Shown here: positions 50,701 through 61,300 of the stretch, piece by piece
Numbering within the stretch: the stretch's first letter is position 1
How the letters are laid out: the number at the start of each line of letters is the position of its first letter
Assembly: GCA_951406725.2 (NCBI GenBank)
Contig: OX597838.1
Span: forward strand, 28,148,001 to 28,212,000
Direction of reading: 5' to 3'
DNA length: 64,000 nt
From: Octopus vulgaris
Lineage: Eukaryota
Notes under the pieces: generated by a model
The model's database searches: none
The model's input: only the letters and a program-made list of their open reading frames with translations
What the model was told of the DNA's origin: nothing
Position numbers and translations under genes: made by a program

Positions 50701-53700
50701 AGCATTCACCCCCACTACTAACTTGGTTACCTAGGTAGCAGAAGCTATCAACTACTTCTAGTTTCTCCCCCTGGAGTGTGATGGAATCTGTTTTCTGAGC
50801 ATCTGTGGTGTCTATTACCCCTGTGCATCTGCCACACATCAAAGCTATCTTCCCGGTTAATCTTCCTTTGATGTTGCTGCACCTCTTATGTGTCCATAGT
50901 TTACACTGAGTACATCTTATGGAGTTTCTACCTACACCTTTCCTACAGATCAAGCAGGGCCACCTACCTGAGGAGGAGTGTGATGAGTTCGCCTTCCTAC
51001 TTACTATAACTTTGGTCTATGCTACATTGACTCTAAGGCTTTTTGATTCTAAACCTTGCTTCCACACCCGAATCTTGAATTCCTCTGTTATTGCCAGGAG
51101 GACTATGATGAATAAAGGGGACTGAGGGGTGAACCTTGGTGGACCCCTACTTCTACTCGGAATTCTTCACTATACTCATTGCCAATCCTAACCTTACTAA
51201 CGGCCTCTCTGTGTAGGGCCTGTACAGCCCTTATTAACCATTCGTCAATCTCCAGTTTCTGCATCACCCACTAGATAAGGGATCGGGGACCCTGTCAAAG
51301 GCTTTCTCCAAGTCCACAAAAGCTAAGTATAGGGGGTTTATCTTTAGCTAGGGATTTCTCCTGCAGTTGTCGAACTAGGAATATGGCATCAGTGGTGATT
51401 CTACCCAGCACAAAACCGAACTGCATCTCATCTAAGCAGACTCTTCCCCTAATGAGATGGGCTATGATCCTCTCCGTGACATTGATTACCTGATCCAGCA
51501 GTTTGATATCCCTGTAATTATTTCTATCTAGAGCATCACCTTTACCTTTGTAGCAGTTGACTACGGTGCTGCTACGCCAGTCATTGGGTATGACTCCATT
51601 ATGAACTACCTGGTTTACAATGCGGGTGACTAGGCCATAGCCCACACCACCAAATATTTTAAGCATCTCAGCAGTGATTCCTGATGGGCCGGGGGCTTTT
51701 CCTTGCTTTATACCCTTAATTGCTTTATCTACAAGGGAGCTGTCTATTCCAATAGCTGGTCCCTCTACTGGGTCAACATTTGGCAGACTCTCCTCCTCCC
51801 ATTCATTCTCCACATTCAGCAGGTTACCAATGTGCTTACTATTCTGCCAGCTTGCTGCCTTAATAATAGTATGATTACTAATCCTTTTATTTAATTAAGA
51901 TCTATTCGTTAAAAAAGTGAGAGATAGATTGGATAATGTAGTCCTAGATGCACTGTGCCGGTAGGACATCTTAGACCAGACATGGATTATCTTTTTCGAG
52001 AAGTAGGCAGCCACGTGAGATGTGGTTCATCATCTGAAAAATTCCAAGTAATTCAGAAGTCCTGCAGGCTGCCCATGACTCCTTTAGACCTATGTAGTCC
52101 TTCATAGACTGTGTCTGAAGGATGCTTAGGACTACAATCCATTAGTCCTCAATCCATTATGTCGGCATGGCTGTTCATCATGACTGACCGGTCTTTGATC
52201 ATAGATTAGGTTGACCGGGGACTAAACCATAAAAGAACCATAAAAACAAAACCTGAATCAACGAGGGTGACCTCTACACATTAGCTTCATCTGCTGGAAA
52301 TAGCAACCGAATCTCCTTAAAATCCTAATTTACTCTCTTGAGTCTGTCTTAATCATATCTGACCCAGAGGGGTTACGGCAGGGTGGCTAAACAACACCCT
52401 ACAGACATACTCACCTCCTTCATTAGCTCAATCAATGGTAGATAATGTTTCTTCCAGATTTGTAAGAGTTCTTCTGCCGAAGGACGGTAACAGCATCCTC
52501 CTAAGTAAACACTTACAGCTGGACACTTGTTTGTCAGGGAAGAATAATCCTGTAAAAGAAAGATTTGTAGAACATTATTATTATTAGTAGTAGTAGTATT
52601 AGTAGTAATAGTATTAGTAGTATTAGTAGTGGTATTAGTAGTGGTAGTGGTATTAGTAGTGGTATTAGTAATAGTAGTGGTATTAGTAATAGTAGTGGTA
52701 TTAGTAGTAGTAGTGGTAGTAGTAGTAATAGTATTAGTAGTCCAGTGACCATTCCTGGCACTCAAAGATAAAGGTAATAGTAGTAGTAGTAGTAGTAATA
52801 ATAGTAGTAGTAGTAGTAATAATAGTAGTAGTAGTAGTAATAATAGTAGTAGTAGTAGTAATAATAGTAGTAGTAGTAGTAATAATAGTAGTAGTAGTAG
52901 TAATAGTAGTAGTAGTAGTAATAATAGTAGTAATAATAGTAGTAGTAATAATAGTAGTAGTAGTAATAGTAGTAGTAGTAGTAATAGTAGTAGTAGTAGT
53001 AATAGTAGTAATAATAATAGTAGTAGTAATAATAATAGTAGTAGTAATAATAATAGTAGTAGTAATAATAATAGTAGTAGTAATAATAGTAGTAGTAGTA
53101 GTAGTAATAGTAGTAGTAGTAGTAATAGTAGTAGTAGTAGTAATAATAATAGTAGTAGTAGTAGTAATAATAGTAGTAGTAATAATAGTAGTAGTAGTAG
53201 TAGTAATAATAGTAGTAGTAGTAGTAGTAATAATAATAGTAGTAGTAGTCCAGTGACCATTCCTGGCACTCAAAGATAAAGGAACATGCAATGAGAGAAA
53301 CACCAAGACAGATACGGGGTATATGTCAGAGAAATATGGTATTATTATAGAAATAGAGTAATATATCTAAAATATGGTGTATAACCAAGGTGTGTATAAT
53401 AGACATAGGGTACACATAAATAATTTTGGAGGATATTTAATGGAAACAGAATGTTTAATAAAAATATAGTGTGTCATCATCTAATGTCTGTTTTTCTATG
53501 CTGGCATGGGTCGGACAGTTTGACAGAAATTGGCAAGCTGAGAACTGCACCAGGCTCCTTTTATCTGTTTGGGCAAAGTTTCTATGATTGGATGCCCTTC
53601 CTAATGCCAGCCACTTCAGAGAGGGTACTGGGTGCTTTTTATGTGGTACCAGCAGCAGTGAGATCACCAAACAATTCATAAGGTAAGGCCCCTTAACCGA

Positions 53701-56700
53701 GGTGGGGTGCGGAGTAGAACTGAGGGAGGTGGCTTTGTGCCGGGTGATGAGAGGCGGCGAGCTGGCAGAACCGTTAGCACGCCGGGTGAAATGCTTAGCG
53801 GTATTTTGTCTGCCGCTACGTTCCGAGTTCAAATTCCGCCAAGGTCGACTTTCCCTTTCATCCTTTCGGGGTCAATTAAATAAGTACCAGTTGCGCACTG
53901 GGGTCGATATAATCGACTTAATCCTTTTGTCTGTCCTTGTTTGTCCCCTCTGTGTGTAGCCCCTTGTGGGTGGTAAAGAAATAAGGTGATGAGACGCTAT
54001 AGAGTATGGGTAGAGGGATAGAAATAGATATCTTGCAGTAGAGAAGACACGTGGATAATGATGATGTGACAGGGCATACGCACGTCAAATTACAGGTAGG
54101 TGTATATAAGTGGAACCAAAGGTGACTGGGTGGATAAGTTTACATGACTGCAAAAGGCAAGTGGAAGATGGAAGGGGCATCGGGAAAGGGACATAGACAC
54201 AGTGTGTATAACAGAAACAGGGTATACAAACCTGAAATAAGGTTTGTACAATGTAAATAGGCATAGGCGCAGGAGTGGCTGTGTGGTAAGTAGCTTGCTA
54301 ACCAACCACATGGTTCCGGGTTCAGTCCCACTGCATGACATCTTGGGCAAGTGTCTTCTGCTATAGCCCCGGGCCGACCAATGCCTTGTGAGTGGATTTG
54401 GTAGACGGAAACTGAAAGAAGCCTGTCGTATATATATATATATATATGTGTGTGTATGTGTTTGTCCCCCTAGCATTGCTTGACAACCGATGCTGGTGTG
54501 TTTACGTCCCCGTCACTTAGCGGTTCGGCAAAAGAGACCGATAGAATAAGTACTGGGCTTACAAAGAATAAGTCCCGGGGTCGATTTGCTCGACTAAATG
54601 TGGTGCTCCAGCATGGCCGCAGTCAATTGACTGAAACAAGTAAAAGAGTAAAGAGTATGACAAAAATAGGGGTCATACAAGCTGCAGAAAAAACAAAACA
54701 CCTGCCAAATTCACCATTCTTAATTGTGTACATTCGTGCCTTTGAACAGAGATCCCTTGTGTTTGTTCTGCCTTACACTGCACAGACTCCCCTACCACTA
54801 TTGCTACTGTGAATGTAGCAAGCCAGTGATTTGCCCCGTTGGAAACCTGTCACCAATGGAATTGTTGTACACAAAATGTGAAATGAAATTAATAAAAAAA
54901 AAAATATATTTTTTTAGAAACCCAATAAAATGGAAACTTACCAGTAGACTTCCAGTGTGGTTGTTGATTGTAGAGGCCACAACAACATTGCTGCTGTATT
55001 TCTTGGCTGTGAAAAAAAAAGACAGGACAGAACAACATAAACCTTCACCCAAAACCAGGAATCAGAAACTGTTTTGTTTTGTAATGATCCAATTTTGTTT
55101 CTCTTCAGACTTACTCGTGGCCTATGTAACGTAACTCATCATCATTTAGCATCCACTTTCTCACATACTTGCATGGGCAGGAGGGAATTAGCTGAGGTGG
55201 ATTTTCTATGGCTGGATGCACTTCCTGTTGCCAACCCTCACCTGTTTCCAAGTGAGATACTATTTCTCCACAGCCAGAACGTTTCCGTGGAAGATTGGAA
55301 ACAAAAGACAACAGCTTCCATGACAGTCACACTTGTCTACAATTATCATTGTGATACCAAGATAAAGAAACAGTAACACACACACGCACATACACATTCA
55401 TAAACACACACATTTATACACACACTATAATATATATTGGGTTGGTGTATAATTATTGCGGATTTTTTTCAAAAAATTTTATTCAACAAAAACAATATTT
55501 AACAAAAACATCTTTGAATGATTATTCTGGAGCATATTCACCATCTACTTCAATTACTGCTTCCCATTTGCTTGGCAGACAGTCAGACTGTCATTTAAAG
55601 CTGTTTTTGTTAAATATTGTTATTGTTTTTGTTGAAAAAAAGCCGCAGTAATTATGCACCAATCCAATATACATATCATCATCATTTAAAGTCTGCTTTC
55701 CATGCTGGCATCGGTTGAACAGTTTGACTGAGGACTGGCAAGCCAGAAGGCTGTACCAGGCTCCAAGTGTAGTGGGTACTTTTTACATGCCAGTCAGGCA
55801 GTACTGGCATCGATCATGCTTGAATGGTGCCTTTTATGTGCCACTAGCACAGGTACCAATTATGCAGTACTGGCATCAGCCACAACAATGACTTCACTTG
55901 ACTCAACAGGTCTTTGCAAGCACAGTTTATTGCCCAAGGATTAAAGGGTACTCTTAAATGGGCCGGTTATGCTGCACTGGTGTAGGCCATTGTTATGGTC
56001 TCACTTGGCTTGCCAGGTCTTCTCAAGCAGAGCATATCTCCAAAGGTCTTGGTCACTCGTCATCACCTATTCGAAGGTCATGCTTCACCACCTCATCCTA
56101 GGTCTACCTCTTCCACAGGTTCCCTCTACTGCTAGTGTGTGAGACTTTATATTTATATATACTCTCTCTTTTACTTGTTTCAGTCATTTGACTGCGGCCA
56201 TGCTGGAGCACCGCCTTTAGTCGAGCAACTCGACCCCGGGACTTATTCTTTGTAAGTACAGTACTTATTCTATCGGTCTCTTTTGCCGAACCGCTAAGTG
56301 ACGGGGACGTAAACACACCAGCATCGGTCGTCAAGCAATGCTAGGGGGACAAACACAGACACACAAACATACATATATATACATATATACGACGGGCTTC
56401 TTTCAGTTTCCGTCTACCAAATCCACTCACAAGGCATTGGTCGGCCCGGGGCTATAGCAGAAGACACTTTCCCAAGATGCCACGCAGTGGGACTGAACCC
56501 AGAACCATGTGGTTGGTTAGCAAGCTACTTACCACACAGCCACTCCTACGTCTATATATATGCTCATAACAGGTTTCTTTCAGTTTCTGTCTACCAAATC
56601 CACTCACAAGGCTTTGGACAGCCCAGTGCTATAGTAGAAGACACTTTCTCAAAATATGCCATGCAGTGGGGACTGAACCCAAAACCATGTAGCTAGAAAG

Positions 56701-58364
56701 CGAAGTCCTTACCACATAGCCATGCCTGCACCCATTTCTTACTCACACACCCAGCTTACTCTTCACCAATTCTGACACTCCATTGTCACACAAGTAAATA
56801 TCAGTTTGCGGACCTTACCATTTAAATTGGAACTGCAATTAGAGTTTTGGTGGGGATCTGATCTGATGTAATTAACATAATCGTTGGCAAAACGTTTCTG
56901 CAAATTCTCGTATGCACTTTCGGCATGTCCTGAAAATTGTGGAAAAGAAAAAGAATATAAAGGCAAGAATAATTGGAAGAAAAAAAAAAAAGGATAAAAC
57001 ATTTGGAGAAAAATATTTCATTTCTGGTGGTGTTGGAAGAAATTAAAAAATACCAGTGCCGGTGGCACATAAGAAAACCATCCGAACGTGACCGTAGCCA
57101 GTACCGCATTGACTGGCCTCCGTGCTGAGGGCACGTAACAAACACCATCCGAGCGTGACCGTAGCCAGTACCGCATTGACTGGCCTCCGTGCTGAGGGCA
57201 CGTAACAAACACCATCTGAGCGTGGCCGTTCGCCAGCCTCGTCTGGCACCTGTGTCGGTGGCACATAAAATCACCCACTACACTCTCGGAGTGGTTGGCG
57301 TTAGGAAGGGCATCCAGCTGTAGAAACACTGCCAGATCTGACTGGCCTGGTGCAGCCTTTGGGCTCCCCAGACCCCAGTTGAACCGTCCAACCCATGCTA
57401 GCATGGAAAGCGGACGTTAAACGATGATGATGATGAAGCCTTAATTGGACATGATTAGAATGCCTTAAACTGTTACAAATGCCCTGAGATACACTCTCAG
57501 GTCAACAGCATGTGCTAATTAAGGACAGACTTATACTGGCAGTTGAAATGCTCGTTTGCATCTTTAAGTTGGATGTTGTTAATTAATATTTGTTACAAAC
57601 ATTATTCCTGTTGCTTATGAAATAATTTAAACAAATTGACTTTTCTTGTAATGAAATTAAGTTTTTACAACGATGGACGTCTTTGTAAAGAATTTACAGT
57701 CATTGTTGCCATTGGATTTGATGGCTATATACTCTTTACTCTCTTTTACTTGTTTCAGTCATTTGACTGTGGCCATGCTGGAGCACCGCCTTTAGTCGAG
57801 CAAATTGACCCTGGGACTTATTCTTTGTAAGCCCAGTACTTATTCTATCAGTCTCTTTTGCCGAACTGCTAAGTGACGGAGACGTAAACACACCAGCATC
57901 GGTTGTCAAGCAATGCTAGGGGGACAAACACAGACACAAATATATACACACACATACATATATACGACAGGCTTCTTTCAGTTTCCATCTACCAAATCCA
58001 CTCACAAGGCATTGGTCGGCCCAGGGTTATAGCAGAAGACACTTGCCCAAGATGCCACGCACTGGGAATGAACCCAGAACCATGTGGTTGGTAAGCAAGC
58101 TACTTACCACACAGCCACTCCTGCACCTATTATATATATAAAATATCACTTAATGTACAGAATATAATAAATATGAGCTACTAATAGTTTCATGCTGTGG
58201 AAACACGTGTCTAGGCAGGTTTTCATAACACCTTGTGTCTCCAAGCAATCTTTGGGCTCTGAATATGAAAATCAAAATGCTGGTACATGAGAAATCATGA
58301 CAAAAAAACAAGGTTGATCCAAAAAGTGGAAAGGTGGATAAAAACGGAAATAAAAAAAGATTAG

Positions 58365-58397
<33 letters not shown>

Positions 58398-61300
58398 ACA
58401 TAGCCTAGTGGTTAGAGAGTTGCACTCGTGAAGCAGAAGAACTGTACCATTAGACATTGATTGGGCATCAACTAGCAGATGAGTTGCGAGGCAGCCATCA
58501 TCATTGATCATGCTCACTGCACCCTTGTGCACCAGTTGGTACTTGGCGTGGAGGACCAGAGAGGCAGTCTAGTTGGGAGGTGATATTAACTGGTTTACCT
58601 GCCATCTGTGTTCAGCCATAAATTGCAGAACCCTCATTCATTGTACAAGACAAGAGAGTCCGTCCTATTTCAAAGCAAAAGGTATACTAGTAGACTTAGG
58701 GATTTGGGGTCCCACGAATTTTTTTTAACAAATATCTGATAATTATTATATATGATTATAATGCATAGCTTTCACTGTATACTTAATTTCATTGTGGCCC
58801 ACTTGTGGATCATAGGGTCGCACCTCTGCTTTACGATACAAGAATATATTTGAGGTATCAAAGTTTCCAGGCACCAGTATTTGTTGAGAGATCTTGGCAT
58901 TGCTGACCCAGGAGGCATCCAGGCTTCAGCGTTTCACATGATTCCGTAACTCTTGATAGAACTGTACTTGTAATAACAATAGCAATAAATAAAGCCCCAC
59001 CCAAGGGCCTGATATACATACTGTTTGTTTCACTGTCATAGTAGGGGTAAGCAGCCGCAACTGGTTCTCCTGCCCTCAGTACAATTGTTGCTGTTATTGA
59101 TTTTCCTTTCATCCATTTCATGAATGACCCTGTTTCAGGTTGTGCATGTGAGGGGCCGTTTCCTTCTGTAACTGAAGAACAAGAAGTAAAAAATTTTAAG
59201 TTTAGCGATTACAAACAGATGAGTGACTTTCTAAATGTATAAACAATATATGTATCTATGTATGGGTATGTAGGTTCATAGATAAATAGGTAGACAGATA
59301 GGTAAATGGGTTGGATGGTTTGACTGAGGACTGGTGAGCTAGAGGCTGCACCAAACTCAATCTGATCTGGCAACATTTCTACAGCTGGATGCCTTTCCTA
59401 ATGCCAACCACTCTGAGAGTGTAGTGGGTGCTTTTATGTGACACCGGCACAAGGGCCAGTCAGGTTGTTCTGGCAATGTCCATGCACACTGTTGCTGGGA
59501 AAGGTATCTTATTTGTTTCAGCCATTAGACTGTGGCCATGCTGGGGTAGGATTTTACAGTTGATGCTCTTCCTGTTGCCAACCCTCATCTGTTTTTCATC
59601 TGTGTGTGTGTGTATGTATATATATATATCATCATATCTCATCATCATCATGCTGGCATGGGTTGGATGGTTTGACTGAGGACTGGTGAGCTAGATCACT
59701 CTTGAATGGTGCTTTTCATGTGCCACCGGCATGGGAGCCAATCCATAGCCCTGGCAATGATCACACTTTTAAACGGTCCACTAACACGAGTGCCAATCAG
59801 GTAGTAATGTCATCGGCCACGTCAGCGATTTTGATTTCACTTGCCTCAATAGGTCTTCGCAAACAAAGTTTTTCGCGTGCCACCGGTATGGGAGCCAATC
59901 CATAGCCCTGGCAATGATCACACTAGTTACACCCACTGGCATAGGCCATGGTCTCACTTGGCTTGTCGGGTTTTCTCATATATACCCCATGTTAAAATAA
60001 ATTTGTTTGAAATTTTAAGGTGTTTCCATTATTTTGTCCAACCCCTGTAGTATATATAATTTATTGTATAGAACAGAATAGTGTAGAAAGATTAATATTT
60101 GAAATCCTTACTTTTGAAGTCAGTGTCTAAGTCAACACTATTGGCATTTTCAATTCCCTCTTTGCCATCGCATTTAGTCTTGCTTGCTTTCTCAGCACCA
60201 TCAGGGTTGAGTGAAGGCACCAGGTGTATCAAACTGTTCTGCAAGATCTGGAAAATGAAAATTACATAAGACACCAGAGAATAAATGAGTTACCATATTT
60301 GAATGGCATAAAAGATGCATGGGTGTATCAGATGTACCCCCAATTTCAGTAGTGCAGATTCAGTTAAAACATTTCTCAATGCATTAAAATATGTAATATA
60401 GGTCACGCTTTACATATAGGGCCTGGAGGTGAATTTTCTGAGACATTTTTTGGAGGAAAAAAGTGCATCGTATATTCCATCAAATACGGTAATTAACCCC
60501 TTAGCATTCAGATTACTCTGTCAAATGGAATGCTTATTTATTCACATTGTCTTGAATTTACCTTGCATTATCTTGTAGCTTTGAGATTTTGTTGATGTGA
60601 TTGCTCATTTTAATAATGATATTGTAAAGTAGGTGTGAGAGGCTGGATCTGGCCAGTTGGAACATAAAACAAGATATTCAGGTTGGATATGGTTTGTTTA
60701 AATGCTTAAAGGATTTAAACAGTAACCCTTTAGCATACACATTACTCTGTCAAATGTAAAGCTTATAGATTCTCACTGTTTTTGAATTAATCATGCATTA
60801 TCTTGTAGCTTCAAGATTCTGACTGATTCTGATTCTTATAAATTGACTACAAACTAATGAAGCCATCGCCCCAACATAGAGGTAAATGGAATGGGTGAGG
60901 TGACAGTCTTGTGAATGAAACCAGTAAAAACAAGTCAAAGAATACTTACAGATGTGACAATGTAGTCTTTACCAAAGTTCTGGCAGAGATGTTGGGAAAG
61001 TTGGAGAAGAATCTCTCGACCTGCTGCTTCGTTGCCATGGATGTTACCAACAAATAAAATTCTCGCTTTGGGTTGTTGTTTTGTAACTGTCTTCCCTAGG
61101 GTCAGCAAAAAGAGCTCCCTTTTCTCAGATGACTGTCCTAGACTACAGGCAGAAAGTAAAGAAAACAAAAGTACATAAATATAAATAAAAATATGAAATA
61201 CTCTCAGGTTCTTACTGTGCCTTGGGGCAATAACAAAAGCCTAAGGGTTTTTTTGTTTTTTTTTGCGGATGACTTTGAAAGTACAACATTATGGAAGAAA

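Noticed and set aside
52373-53306. Poly-Leu and poly-Thr ORFs
   Set aside because: Triplet repeat; only 52415-52549 is a real exon.
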